A stretch of DNA of 32,000 nt from Halorhodospira halophila SL1 (GTDB taxonomy: Bacteria; Pseudomonadota; Gammaproteobacteria; Nitrococcales; Halorhodospiraceae), in the NCBI RefSeq assembly GCF_000015585.1, contig NC_008789.1:2370001-2402000 (forward strand). The letters are read 5' to 3'. A program made the position numbers and the translations under genes. Shown piece after piece: positions 1 to 9,220 of this stretch. The notes under the pieces are model-generated. The model did no database searches, had not been told where the DNA came from, and worked only from the letters and a program-made list of their open reading frames with translations. Position 1 is the stretch's first letter; every line of letters begins with the position of its first letter.

Positions 1-806
1 ACCCCCAGGCGATGCCCGTGGAAATCCACCTCCAGGAGGGCCCCGGTCAGGAACATGTCCGCCGGCAGGCTCCGGAAGAGCTTCTCGTTGACGTCGTCGA
101 GCAATTCGGCGGGATGGGCGCCGCGCCCCACCCGATCGTAGAAAACCGCCGCCAGACCGGGCACACCGACCGCTGCCCCGATCCCGTGCCCGGTGAAGTC
201 TCCGATGAGGATCAACAGGTTGCCGTTGGGCCGGCGGGCAGCGAGGAGGATATCGCCGCTGAGAATGGCCGCAGGTTGATAATGGAAGCGTACTCCGGGG
301 GCGCGCAGGTCGCTGGACTCCGTGGCCCGGGCCACGATGCGCTCGGCGGTCTCCTGCTCCCGCTCGAGCCGCTCCTGGTGGCTACGCAGGACGTCACGCT
401 GGGCCACCACGGTGTGGTAGAGACCGCGGGTGCGCAGCCAGGAGTCGATCTTGGCGTTGAGCTGGACCCGGCTGATGGGCTTGGTGACGAAGTCGTCGCC
501 GCCGGCCTCGACGCACTGTGCCAGCCGCTGCTCGTCGGTGAGCGCGGTGACGAAGAGCACCGGGATGAACCCCTCGGTGTCCATGGCCTTGATCTGCCGG
601 GTGGCCTGATAGCCGTCCATCCGCGGCATCATGATGTCCATGAGGATCATGTCCACCGGCTGCTCGCGGAACCGGGCCACCGCCTCCTCGCCATTGGTCG
701 CCGTGATCACGTGAAAGCCCCGCGCCCCGAGGATCGCCTCGAGGAGCATGGTGTTCACCGGCTCATCATCGACGACCAGGAAGGTAGGCAGTGATTGGTC
801 GGCCAC
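1..806 (-). CDS. Response-regulator receiver fused to a PP2C/SpoIIE-type serine phosphatase (RsbU/HsbR/CrsR-like); the 3' end lies beyond the left window edge
   Basis: Absent from the ORF track because there is no stop in the window. My minus-strand translation from GTG 804-806 gives VADQSLPTFLVVDDEPVNTMLLEAILGARGFHVITATNGEEAVARFREQPVDMILMDIMMPRMDGYQATRQIK...LFVTALTDEQ...DDFVTKP (a receiver pattern). It continues ...ILSGDILLAARRPNGNLLILIGDFTGHGIGAAVG (the PP2C/SpoIIE GHG motif). The track ORF 12..794 (+) is its antisense shadow. An alternative in-frame GTG lies at 813-815, and the SD is weak for both. Confidence 0.85.
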   Translation of the reverse strand, partial: MADQSLPTFLVVDDEPVNTMLLEAILGARGFHVITATNGEEAVARFREQPVDMILMDIMMPRMDGYQATRQIKAMDTEGFIPVLFVTALTDEQRLAQCVEAGGDDFVTKPISRVQLNAKIDSWLRTRGLYHTVVAQRDVLRSHQERLEREQETAERIVARATESSDLRAPGVRFHYQPAAILSGDILLAARRPNGNLLILIGDFTGHGIGAAVGVPGLAAVFYDRVGRGAHPAELLDDVNEKLFRSLPADMFLTGALLEVDFHGHRLG

Positions 807-857
807 TCTATCCACGACGTGTGCTCTGCTCCGAAACGCCCGCGCGGCCCATGGGGG

Positions 858-1163
858 TCACTCCTCGATGGTAAACAGGCGCTGGAAGTTGGCGATCTCG
901 AGGATCTTACGCACCTCCCGGGAGCAGTTACGCAGGGCAACCTCGGCGCCCTGATCGCTGGCCGACTCCCTTAGCAGCAACAGCATACCGAGGGCGGAGC
1001 TGTCCATGTACTCGGTCTGGGACAGGTCGATGACGTAGCGACGGACACCCTCCACCCCCTTGTACGCCTGCCGGAAATCCTTATGCAGACTGAAGTCGAA
1101 AAAACCCTGGATTGACATCACCAGGGTCTGGCCGTCGTTCTCGCGTTGGGTTTCGATGCCCAT
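858..1163 (-). CDS. STAS-domain anti-sigma-factor antagonist (SpoIIAA/RsbV/HsbA-like) with a conserved phospho-serine motif
   Basis: 101 aa from ATG 1161-1163, preceded by CAGGAGCGAGGAACG (SD). The track ORF 858..1253 is 5'-extended. The sequence is MGIETQRENDGQTLVMSIQGFFDFSLHKDFRQAY...RYVIDLSQTEYMDSSALGMLLLLRE...VRKILEIANFQRLF. The YMDSSALG stretch matches the DSSG phospho-site region of SpoIIAA-type STAS proteins. Confidence 0.85.
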   Translation of the reverse strand: MGIETQRENDGQTLVMSIQGFFDFSLHKDFRQAYKGVEGVRRYVIDLSQTEYMDSSALGMLLLLRESASDQGAEVALRNCSREVRKILEIANFQRLFTIEE

Positions 1164-1215
1164 CGTTCCTCGCTCCTGTATGACTGACTGTTGAGCGATG
1201 ATTACGCTCGAATAC

Positions 1216-1237
1216 CGGCGGCAGGCCACTGCCGCCG
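1216..1237 (-). other. Intergenic stem-loop between the last MCP gene and the STAS gene (possible intra-operon terminator/attenuator)
   Basis: CGGCGGCAG (1216-1224) and CTGCCGCCG (1229-1237) form a perfect 9-bp GC-rich stem with a 4-nt loop. It sits inside the 117-nt gap 1164..1280. On the minus strand it is followed by GTATTCGAG, so there is no clear U-tract. Confidence 0.4.
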
Positions 1238-1280
1238 ACGCGCCCCGCCCCAAGGCCCGCGTGCGCCACGACGACGGCGA

Positions 1281-2525
1281 TCAGAATAGCTCCACGTCGC
1301 CGTGATCCATGGAGTGTTGCTCCACCTTGCGCTGGCTGGCCCGCGCCGTCTCGCGCTCCTGACGCTGCTGCGCCAGCCGCTCGCGGGCCTCGCGTAGACG
1401 CGCCGCGTACTGGCTGCCGTGGACGTCCTCCTCGGCGATGGCCTGCAGGACATTGCGCACGCCATCGAGGTAGTCATCCAAACCCTCGACCCCGGCGCGC
1501 GAGCCATCCACCAACTGCGTCACAATGTCCTCGAACTGCAGGGCACGAACGGCGTCGGCCACGTGGTGATCGATCTGTCCACTGACCTCAGAGATGCGCT
1601 TGACCTGCTGCTCCACCTGCTGATCCACGTCCTGGAGACTCTTCATCATCCCCGAGATCTGCTCCTTGGTGGTGAGGGTCACGTTCATGTCGTTGGAGGC
1701 CATCTCGCCGACCTCGGTGCGCGCCTCGTCCACCAGGTTACTGATGGTCTTGACCTCCTGAGCGATCTGCTCGTTGAACTGGTTGGCCTTCTCGGAGAGC
1801 TTGCGGACCTCCTCGGCCACCACCGCGAAACCGCGGCCGGACTCACCGGCGCGGGCCGCCTCGATGCTGGCATTGAGAGCGAGCAGGTCAGTCTGGCTGG
1901 CGATCCCTTTGAGGTCGGCGAGCAGCTTGTGGATCCGGTCCATCTGGTGGACCATATCGTCGATGCGCTCGACGGTCTTCACGCTGCGCCGACTCATGTC
2001 GACGACCATCTCGACGTAGTTGTTCAGGAAGGATTCGGTCTCGTGGACGAACTCGGCGATGCCGAACTGTTCCACGGCCGAATCCCCGCCGGTCTGCTCG
2101 ATCACCGCCCGAGCCAGGCGTTCCTGTTCATCCGTGGCCTGATCCATGCCGTTGAAGCTCTGATTGAGCGACTGCACGGCGTCGCCGACGAGCCCGCGGA
2201 TCTGCTCCAGGTCACTGTTCACCGTACGGAACTCGGCGTTGAGACTATCGTCGATGTCGTGGAGCAGATCGCGCAGGGCGTCTTCCAGATCCTCCACGGT
2301 ATCCGTCGCCTCGTTCCACCCCGTCTCGCGTCGGCGCAGATAGCCGACCGCGGCCCAACCGCTGGCGCCGAGCACCACCGCCAGCGGTCCTGTCGCCGGC
2401 CAGGCGTAGGCGATCGCCATCGCCACCGCGGTCAACACCGACGGGGCACCATAGTGGCGCAGCCACGCCGTCTTCGGGTGGTAGACGATGGACTCGCCGT
2501 CGCGATCCTCGGCAACCTCGACCAT
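1281..2525 (-). CDS. Methyl-accepting chemotaxis protein with a membrane hairpin and no periplasmic domain
   Basis: 414 aa. I moved the start to ATG 2523-2525 (AGGAGAGG SD, 2 nt after the cheB stop); the track ORF is 456 aa. Two adjacent hydrophobic segments ([35 protein letters not shown]) leave no room for a periplasmic domain. The signalling tip reads [34 protein letters not shown], followed by [10 protein letters not shown]. The protein ends HGDVELF. Confidence 0.9.
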   Translation of the reverse strand: MVEVAEDRDGESIVYHPKTAWLRHYGAPSVLTAVAMAIAYAWPATGPLAVVLGASGWAAVGYLRRRETGWNEATDTVEDLEDALRDLLHDIDDSLNAEFRTVNSDLEQIRGLVGDAVQSLNQSFNGMDQATDEQERLARAVIEQTGGDSAVEQFGIAEFVHETESFLNNYVEMVVDMSRRSVKTVERIDDMVHQMDRIHKLLADLKGIASQTDLLALNASIEAARAGESGRGFAVVAEEVRKLSEKANQFNEQIAQEVKTISNLVDEARTEVGEMASNDMNVTLTTKEQISGMMKSLQDVDQQVEQQVKRISEVSGQIDHHVADAVRALQFEDIVTQLVDGSRAGVEGLDDYLDGVRNVLQAIAEEDVHGSQYAARLREARERLAQQRQERETARASQRKVEQHSMDHGDVELF

Positions 2526-2527
2526 AT

Positions 2528-3577
2528 TCACCTCTCCTGGGTGGGTTGGGAGGGCGGCGCCACCGCCGCCTGGATCGCCTCGGCGATCCGCTCCAGCGGC
2601 AGGACCTGGTCCGCGTGGCCGGCCTTGACGGCAGCGCCCGGCATCCCCCATACGACACTGCTCGCCTCATCCTGGGCGATGGTAACCGCTCCCGCTGCCT
2701 GCATGCGCCCCAAGCCAACGGCTCCGTCGCTGCCCATGCCGGTGAGCAGCACGCCCACGGCGTTAGCACGGGCCGAGGTGGCCACCGAGTTGAACAGCAC
2801 ATCTACGGAAGGCCGGTGGCGGTTGACCAGTTCCCCCTCCGTGACCCGGCAAATGTACTTGCTACCGTCCCGGTGCAACTCCAGGTGGTACCCGCCGGGC
2901 GCGATGTAGACGTGCCCGGGCAACACCCGCTGTCCGTCCTGCGCCTCGTGTACCGAGACCGCGCAGAGGTGATCGAGCCGCTGGGCGAAGGCCGCCGAGA
3001 ACCCCGGCGGCATGTGCTGGGTGATCACCGTGGCCGGCGCGTTGGGCGGCATCACTTCGAGCAGCCGCTGCACCGCCACGGTGCCACCGGTGGAGGCGCC
3101 GATGGCCACGACCTTATCTGTGGTGCGCTGGTGGGGGCGAGGCGGGGCTGCGGCCGCGCTTCGTGCGGGGCCGGGCCGGACCCGCGCCTGCGCCGCGGCG
3201 CGCACCTTGGCCACGATCTCGTCCCGATACCCCTCCAGCGCATAGCTGACATCGGCTTTCGGCTTGGTGACGAAGTCCACGGCGCCCAGCGCGAGCGCCT
3301 CCAGGGTCTCCTCGGCGCCGACCTCGGTCAGCGAAGAGACCATGACCACCGGCATGGGGCGCAGCCGCATCAGATTGCGCAGGAAGGTGATGCCGTCCAT
3401 GCGCGGCATCTCGACGTCGAGGGTCAGGACATCGGGATTGAGCTGCTTGATCTTCTCACGGGCGTCGTAGGGGTCCCGGGCCGTCCCCACAACCTCGATG
3501 CCCTCTTCCGCTGCGAACAGCTCGGCCAGCAGCCGCCGGATCAGCGCGGAGTCGTCGACAATCAGGACCCGGATCAT
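2528..3577 (-). CDS. cheB: Chemotaxis response regulator protein-glutamate methylesterase CheB
   Basis: [17 protein letters not shown]...[14 protein letters not shown]...VTKP is the receiver. AIGASTGG...HMPPGF...GMGSDG are the methylesterase motifs. I use ATG 3575-3577 because the track start at 3595 is a TTG. Confidence 0.95.
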   Translation of the reverse strand: MIRVLIVDDSALIRRLLAELFAAEEGIEVVGTARDPYDAREKIKQLNPDVLTLDVEMPRMDGITFLRNLMRLRPMPVVMVSSLTEVGAEETLEALALGAVDFVTKPKADVSYALEGYRDEIVAKVRAAAQARVRPGPARSAAAAPPRPHQRTTDKVVAIGASTGGTVAVQRLLEVMPPNAPATVITQHMPPGFSAAFAQRLDHLCAVSVHEAQDGQRVLPGHVYIAPGGYHLELHRDGSKYICRVTEGELVNRHRPSVDVLFNSVATSARANAVGVLLTGMGSDGAVGLGRMQAAGAVTIAQDEASSVVWGMPGAAVKAGHADQVLPLERIAEAIQAAVAPPSQPTQER

Positions 3578-3591
3578 ACCGCGCTGCGTCC

Positions 3592-4251
3592 TCAAAACAG
3601 GTCGACGTCGCCGGAGACCGGCTGCTCGTCGATCTCGTGGAGGTAGTGCTCCTCGCGGCGCACGACGGTGTCGTTGCGCGTGCGCAGGAGCTTCTTCGAC
3701 CGCGCCCGTCCGCTCTCGGGGAAGTACTGCACCTTCCGGGGATACTGGCCACCCAGATCTCGACCGATCAGCCGCAGACCCTCCGTCCGCACATAGCTTT
3801 CGGCAAACTCGATGTTCCGTTTCCCCACATCGGTGACCCCGGCCAGCACCCGCCCACCGCCGAAGAGCTTGACCTCCAGCTCCTGGCGCTGACCGCCCAG
3901 GGCGAGGACGCGGTTGATCAGCTGCTCCATGGCGTGATTGCCGTACCGGGTCGCGGTACTCAGTGGATCGCCCTCCCAGTGGTTCGGATCGCCTCCGCGG
4001 ACAGGCAGCATGAAGTGGTTCATGCCCCCGACCCCCAGGCGCCGATCCCGAACGCAGGCCGAGACACAGGAGCCGAGCGTGGTGACGATCATCTCATTGC
4101 CGCGGGTGACATAGAACTCTCCGGGCAGGATCTTGGCCGCGAAGACCTGATGCTCCGGATCCCAGTAGCGGTTGATGTGCCCGAACCCCGGCAGACAGTC
4201 GGGCACGGTAACGCCGCGGTTGCGAAACGCCCCCAGCTGCATGGTACTCAT
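3592..4251 (-). CDS. cheD: Chemoreceptor glutamine deamidase CheD, with a C-terminal extension
   Basis: 219 aa. The CheD core is ...[29 protein letters not shown]...GGMNHFMLP.... The start ATG 4249-4251 overlaps the cheR stop (ATGA). The tail after ...KVQYFPESG ends SGDVDLF. Confidence 0.9.
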   Translation of the reverse strand: MSTMQLGAFRNRGVTVPDCLPGFGHINRYWDPEHQVFAAKILPGEFYVTRGNEMIVTTLGSCVSACVRDRRLGVGGMNHFMLPVRGGDPNHWEGDPLSTATRYGNHAMEQLINRVLALGGQRQELEVKLFGGGRVLAGVTDVGKRNIEFAESYVRTEGLRLIGRDLGGQYPRKVQYFPESGRARSKKLLRTRNDTVVRREEHYLHEIDEQPVSGDVDLF

Positions 4252-5066
4252 CCGACCTTGCGGTAGATGGTGCGGCCGTGGGATTCAAACCGCTCACTGA
4301 CCCGCCAGAGGGTCTCCGAGTGGCCGATGTAGAGCCACGCCTGCGGGGTCATGACACCGACCATGCGCTCGAAGAGCCGACGCTGGATGTCCTTGTTGAA
4401 GTAGATGATCACGTTGCGGCAAAAAACGATATCGAACGGTTCGCGAAACGGCCAGTCGTGCAGGAGATTGAGCTGATGGAACGACACCAGACGCTGCAAC
4501 TCAGGGCGTACCCGAACCATACCCTCCTTGCTGCCCTTGCCGCGCAGGAAGTGAGCACGCAGCCGTTCTCGGCTCAGGCCGGCCACCCGCTTGTGGTCGT
4601 AGACCCCGCGGGCACACTGCTCCAGCACGTTGCTGTCTAGGTCGGTACCGAGGATGTGCACCCGATCCGCTGCGCGCTCGCCGAAGACCTCTCGGGCGAC
4701 GATGGCCGCCGAGTAGACCTCCTCGCCGGTGGAGCAGCCGGCCGACCAGATGCGCACTCGGCCCGAGGACGCGGCAAGCACCTCGGCCAGATGCTCGAAG
4801 TGGTGCGCCTCGCGGAAGAACGCGGTCAGGTTGGTGGTCAGCGCATTGACGAAGTGCGCCATCTCCCGGCGCTGGGGATCCCCCAGGAGGTGCTCCCGGT
4901 AGGCCGCGAAATCGCGCAGGCCGAGGGCGCGCAGCCGGCGCGCGAGGCGCGAGTAGACCATGTCGCTCTTCGCCTCGCTGAGCTGGATACCCGTCTCCCG
5001 GCCCACCGTCTCGCGAATCCATTCGAAGTCCTCGCGGGTAAAGCGAAACTCACGCTCACCGCCCAC
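4248..5066 (-). CDS. cheR: Chemotaxis protein methyltransferase CheR
   Basis: 272 aa. GTG start at 5064-5066 with the SD AGGAGGGCCACC. FRFTREDFEWIRE...FFRE..HFE...RIWSAGCSTGEEVYS is the CheR N-terminal plus SAM-binding signature. Confidence 0.93.
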   Translation of the reverse strand: MGGEREFRFTREDFEWIRETVGRETGIQLSEAKSDMVYSRLARRLRALGLRDFAAYREHLLGDPQRREMAHFVNALTTNLTAFFREAHHFEHLAEVLAASSGRVRIWSAGCSTGEEVYSAAIVAREVFGERAADRVHILGTDLDSNVLEQCARGVYDHKRVAGLSRERLRAHFLRGKGSKEGMVRVRPELQRLVSFHQLNLLHDWPFREPFDIVFCRNVIIYFNKDIQRRLFERMVGVMTPQAWLYIGHSETLWRVSERFESHGRTIYRKVG

Positions 5067-5119
5067 GGTGGCCCTCCTGGCCGATTGCTGCGCTGCGCAT
5101 CAAAACCGCACTCTCCGCC

Positions 5120-7015
5120 TCAGAACTCTTCCCACTCGCTGTCCTCCACGTCCGCCGTCTGGCGCTTCTGCGCACCGGCAGAAGGGCGAGGGGTGGACGA
5201 AGCGGAAGCGCCGGAGCCGCCGCGGTGACCCCCGCTGCTGCCACCCTGGCTCGACCGTTGGCCACTGCCCCCGGCCGGCCGCGCCGCCTGGCCCGACTGC
5301 CCGCCGCTGCTCCGCGTCGGCCGGCTGGCCGAGCTCTTGGCCTTGGCCACCGCCTGATCGGCACCGCCGAAGAAGGCCATCAGCTGGACCAGGTTGGTGG
5401 ACTGCTCGTCCAGGGACTCGGCGGCCGACGCGGCCTCCTCGACCAGCGCGGCGTTCTGTTGGGTGACCTCGTCGAGCTGGCTGACCGCTTTGTTGATCTC
5501 GTCGATCCCCGAAGACTGCTCCTCGCTGGCCGCGGAGATCTCCGCCACCTTGTCGGTGACCGTCTGAACCGCCTCGAGGATCTCCTTGAGGGTCTCATTG
5601 GACTCGTTGACCAGGCGGGTACCGTCCTCGACCTTCTCGCCGCTATCGTTGATCAGACGCTTGATGTCCTTGGCCGCGGTGGCACTGCGCTGGGCGAGGT
5701 TACGGACTTCTGCGGCGACCACGCCGAACCCGCGGCCGTGCTCACCGGCCCGGGCGGCCTCGACGGCTGCGTTGAGCGCCAGCAGATTGGTCTGGAAGGC
5801 GATCTCGTCGATCACCGTGATGATGTCCGAGATCTCGCGGCTCGACTGCTTGATCGCGCCCATCGCCTCGACCACCTGACCGGAGATCTGCTGGCCGCGC
5901 TCGGCCCGCTCGCGGGCCGCCGTGGCGAGCTGATTCGACTCGCGGGCGTTGTCCGCGGTCTGCTTCACCGTCGAGGTGAGCTCCTCGATGCTCGAGGCGG
6001 TCTCCTCCAGGGAGCTGGCCTGCTCCTCGGTACGCTGGGAGAGATCCTGGTTGCCCTGGGCGATCTCCGAGGACGCCGAGTCGATGCTCTCCGCCGTCTC
6101 GCGGACCTCGTCCACCGTCCGCCGCAGCACGTCGACGGTCGAGTTGACCCAGGCCTGCAGCTGGCCGAAGTCGCCCTTGAAATCGCCGTCCATGTGCTGA
6201 GCCAGATCGCCGTTGGCGACCTTCTCCATCACCCGGATCACCTCGCGCACCGGGGCCTGAGTGACGTCGAGGACCATGTTGATGTCCTCGCTCAGGGTGC
6301 GGATGAACCCCTCGGACATGCTCGAGGTCTCCACCCGGTGACTGAGCTCGCCGTTCTGGATACGCTCGATCAGCGCCTCGACATCGTGCTGCGCCTTCTT
6401 CTCGTTGGCGCGCCGGTGCCAGTCCTCGGTGATGTCGAACCACTCGAGGGTGTTGCCGAGGAAGTTGCCCTCCTCGTCGTCCTCGCCGGTGATATAGACG
6501 TTGAAACGCAGCTCGCCGATGTGCAGCTCCTGTTGCAGGGCGTCCTCGCGGACACGCTTCATCTGGCTCGCCAGCGACTGCAGCTGCGGGATCACGTCGA
6601 ACAGCGAGCGCTGGTCCTCCAGGTTCTTGGTCGTGAACCCGGGATTGACCGCGGCGATCTGATCCGCGTAGTGCTCCAGCATCTTCTGCATGGGCTCATT
6701 GACGTAGTGGATCGTGCCGTCCGAATTGGTCATCAGGAAGGCCGTGGTCGCCGTATGCATGGCCAGCTTGGCACGGTAATACTCGATGTACTCCGCCCGG
6801 TCGACGGTGATCGTTCGCTTTTGGTCGCTGCCCGCCATGGTGGTGCCCCCACTATCCGACTCCGTGTGCGCTGCCTGGTGGTCCGGTGCCCCAGCCGTCT
6901 CTTCGTCCGTCTGCGCCGCCGAGGCCGGCGGCTGTTCCGTGTCGTCCTTCATCCAGGCCAACGGGTCGCGGCCCAGCTTCTTGTTGTCGCCGTTGGATCC
7001 ACCGCTTTTCGCCAC
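5120..7015 (-). CDS. Soluble PAS-HAMP methyl-accepting chemotaxis protein with a C-terminal EWEEF pentapeptide (Aer2/McpB-like by position and tail)
   Basis: 631 aa from GTG 7013-7015. This GTG sits 13 nt after the ParA-like stop and is preceded by GAGGAGGAGCAGCC. The track start at 7057 would overlap the upstream gene by 29 nt. There are no hydrophobic TM segments. The PAS-like region is [23 protein letters not shown]...FDIT. The HAMP-like region is ...[26 protein letters not shown].... The tip is [40 protein letters not shown]. An approximately 80-aa G/S/R-rich tail follows, then DSEWEEF. Confidence 0.9.
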   Translation of the reverse strand: MAKSGGSNGDNKKLGRDPLAWMKDDTEQPPASAAQTDEETAGAPDHQAAHTESDSGGTTMAGSDQKRTITVDRAEYIEYYRAKLAMHTATTAFLMTNSDGTIHYVNEPMQKMLEHYADQIAAVNPGFTTKNLEDQRSLFDVIPQLQSLASQMKRVREDALQQELHIGELRFNVYITGEDDEEGNFLGNTLEWFDITEDWHRRANEKKAQHDVEALIERIQNGELSHRVETSSMSEGFIRTLSEDINMVLDVTQAPVREVIRVMEKVANGDLAQHMDGDFKGDFGQLQAWVNSTVDVLRRTVDEVRETAESIDSASSEIAQGNQDLSQRTEEQASSLEETASSIEELTSTVKQTADNARESNQLATAARERAERGQQISGQVVEAMGAIKQSSREISDIITVIDEIAFQTNLLALNAAVEAARAGEHGRGFGVVAAEVRNLAQRSATAAKDIKRLINDSGEKVEDGTRLVNESNETLKEILEAVQTVTDKVAEISAASEEQSSGIDEINKAVSQLDEVTQQNAALVEEAASAAESLDEQSTNLVQLMAFFGGADQAVAKAKSSASRPTRSSGGQSGQAARPAGGSGQRSSQGGSSGGHRGGSGASASSTPRPSAGAQKRQTADVEDSEWEEF

Positions 7016-7028
7016 GGCTGCTCCTCCT

Positions 7029-7811
7029 CTACTCGGCCGCCGCCGGCTCGAGGACACGATACGCCTCGATGTCCCCGGCGACGGCGATGTAATCCTGCGC
7101 CCCGTTGCTCTCGGGGCGGTACTCGAAGATGGTCTGGCCGAACCCCGGCGCCTCGGCCAGCGCCACGTTGTCCCGGATCGGGGTCTGCAGAACCTGACCG
7201 GGGAAGTACTCCCGGAGCTTGCCCAGCACCTCCCGCGGCAGCCGGCGCTGCCCGTTGTAACGGGTCACCAGCACGTACTTGTGGGTGAAGATGTTCAGGC
7301 CCCGCTCGACCCGCATCAGGGTGCGCATCAGCCCGGCGAGCCCCTCCAGGGCCAGGTAGTCGCAGGAGACCGGCATGATGATCTCGTCGGTAGCCAGCAA
7401 CGCATTCATGGCCAACAGGCCGGACGACGGGGGGCAATCGACGACGACAAAGTCCGGGAACGGCTCCAGGCCCCCGATCGCCTGTTGCAGCCGCCAGCCC
7501 CGCTCACGCCCGCCGCTCATCTGTTCGACCTCGGGCAACCGCGGCCCCGGCGGGACCAGGCGGAGGTTCTCCCGCCCCGACTGCAGTCGTTCAGCCAGCG
7601 GCACACCATCGAACAGGACGTCGTCCAGCCCGGGGTCGAGCCCTTCCAGGCCAAGACTGGCGGCGAAGTGCCCCTGGGGGTCGAGGTCGATCCCTACCAC
7701 CTGGCGGCCGGAGCGCGCCCAGGCGTGGGCGACACTCACCGCCGAAGTGGTCTTGCCCACCCCGCCTTTCTGGTTCAGGAAGGAGACGACGCGGGGGCCT
7801 GCTGCGCTCAT
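7029..7811 (-). CDS. ParA/MinD-family (deviant Walker A) ATPase embedded in the che cluster (PpfA/ParC-like)
   Basis: 260 aa. [21 protein letters not shown] is a KGGxxGKT deviant Walker A, followed by VVVDCPPS. The start ATG 7809-7811 overlaps the upstream MCP stop (ATGA). Confidence 0.88.
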   Translation of the reverse strand: MSAAGPRVVSFLNQKGGVGKTTSAVSVAHAWARSGRQVVGIDLDPQGHFAASLGLEGLDPGLDDVLFDGVPLAERLQSGRENLRLVPPGPRLPEVEQMSGGRERGWRLQQAIGGLEPFPDFVVVDCPPSSGLLAMNALLATDEIIMPVSCDYLALEGLAGLMRTLMRVERGLNIFTHKYVLVTRYNGQRRLPREVLGKLREYFPGQVLQTPIRDNVALAEAPGFGQTIFEYRPESNGAQDYIAVAGDIEAYRVLEPAAAE

Positions 7812-9220
7812 GCCCCGCTCGCCCCGTTCTTGTTGCCCTCATCCATCTCGCGGGCCAGGCGGCTCAGCAGCTCGACCACCTGCTCGGAGTTGTCCCCGAG
7901 CTGCTCCAGCTCGCCGGCAGCGGCGTCGACCTCGCCCTGGTTGTAGAGCTCGGCGGCGCGCTTGCCGTGGGCGTGGACCGCCCGGTGCGGCTCCTCCAGC
8001 TCGATGAAGGCCGGCAGCTGACGGATCCAGGCCTCCTCGACCGCGTCGTACCACTTGCCGAGACGACAGGCGTGGTGGTCGGTCAGCTCGCGGCTGTCGA
8101 CATCCTCGCGACCGGCCAGCATGGCGGCGATGCGCCGCTTCCACATCACGTGGTCGAACTTGCTGCGCTCAATGAAGAGCTTGGGCAGATTGTGCTCGCC
8201 CAGCCGCTCGATCTGATCGGTGAGGATCGCCGTGGAGCGGCCCAGGGCGTCGAGGGTGCCCTCCACGTCGTTGACGTTGCGCTCGGTGCGGTCGGTCACG
8301 GCGCTGATGGACTCGGCCACCTGGGTCACCGCGCCCTTCTGCTCATTGATCACCGAGGAGACGTTCTGGATGTGCTCGGTCACCCCGCGCATGCGCTCGG
8401 CCACCTGCTGCATGGTCTGCGTGGTCTCGGCGGTGGCCTCGCGTCCCCGGTCGACGGCGCTGCCCATCTCTTCAACCGAGGCGGAGATGGCCTCGGTCTC
8501 GTCGCGCAGGGTCCGGATCCGTTGGGCGATATCTACGGTGGCGCTCTTCGTCTGATCGGCCAGGCGGCGCACCTCCTGGGCAACTACCGAGAAACCGGCG
8601 CCGGCCTGCCCGGCCCGGGCCGCCTCCACCGAGGCGTTGAGGGCCAGCATATTGGTCTGGAAGGCAATCTCTTCGATGAGCTCGATAATCGAGCCGATCT
8701 CGTTGGAAGCCTGGTTGAGCTGTTTGACGCGCGTGGCCGCCGTCTCGGCCAGTCCGGCGATCTCCCGGACCGTTTCGTCGGTGGTCCGCGAGGCCTTGTC
8801 ACCGGCATCCACCAACTCCTGCACGCGCTCGGTCTCGGTGGCCACCGCAGCGCTGTTGTCGGCCACGGTGTCGACACTGGCGGCCAGTTCCTCGGAGGTG
8901 GAAGCGATGGTCTGACTGCGCTCGCTGGTCTCGCGAATGGTCATGCGCATCCCCGAGGTCGCCACCAGGCTGTCGGCGGTGTGCGCGGCCAGCTCGACGA
9001 TGTCGTGCAGCGCGCGCGAGTCTTTCCGTCCGACCTGGCCGGCCAGCCGCCGCAGGGCCCTGGAGAGTTCGCAATCGCCGCGCGGCACGCCGAGGTAATC
9101 GCCGCGGCCGATCTGATCGATGGTGCCGAGCAGTTCTCGTACACGCTCCGGCGGCACCCAGCCCTCCTCGATCAGGGCGGTGCGCTCTTCGGCGGAAAGC
9201 GCGGTATTGGTGTCATTCAT
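7808..9220 (-). CDS. Soluble methyl-accepting chemotaxis protein with a C-terminal CZB (chemoreceptor zinc-binding) domain (TlpD-like architecture)
   Basis: 470 aa from ATG 9218-9220. The SD AGGAGGG is upstream and the start overlaps the cheW end by 8 nt (ATGAATGA). The track ORF is 5'-extended to 9313. No TM segments are present. The tip is [40 protein letters not shown]. The C-terminus is FDHVMWKRR...[12 protein letters not shown]...[11 protein letters not shown], which is the H-x3-W ... C-x-L-G-x-W ... H-x3-H pattern. Confidence 0.88.
   Translation of the reverse strand: MNDTNTALSAEERTALIEEGWVPPERVRELLGTIDQIGRGDYLGVPRGDCELSRALRRLAGQVGRKDSRALHDIVELAAHTADSLVATSGMRMTIRETSERSQTIASTSEELAASVDTVADNSAAVATETERVQELVDAGDKASRTTDETVREIAGLAETAATRVKQLNQASNEIGSIIELIEEIAFQTNMLALNASVEAARAGQAGAGFSVVAQEVRRLADQTKSATVDIAQRIRTLRDETEAISASVEEMGSAVDRGREATAETTQTMQQVAERMRGVTEHIQNVSSVINEQKGAVTQVAESISAVTDRTERNVNDVEGTLDALGRSTAILTDQIERLGEHNLPKLFIERSKFDHVMWKRRIAAMLAGREDVDSRELTDHHACRLGKWYDAVEEAWIRQLPAFIELEEPHRAVHAHGKRAAELYNQGEVDAAAGELEQLGDNSEQVVELLSRLAREMDEGNKNGASGA

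Noticed and set aside
12-794. 260-aa plus-strand ORF at the left edge
   Set aside because: It is the antisense shadow of the REC-PP2C gene. The minus strand gives a clean receiver plus PP2C translation, while the plus-strand product is low-complexity with no motifs.
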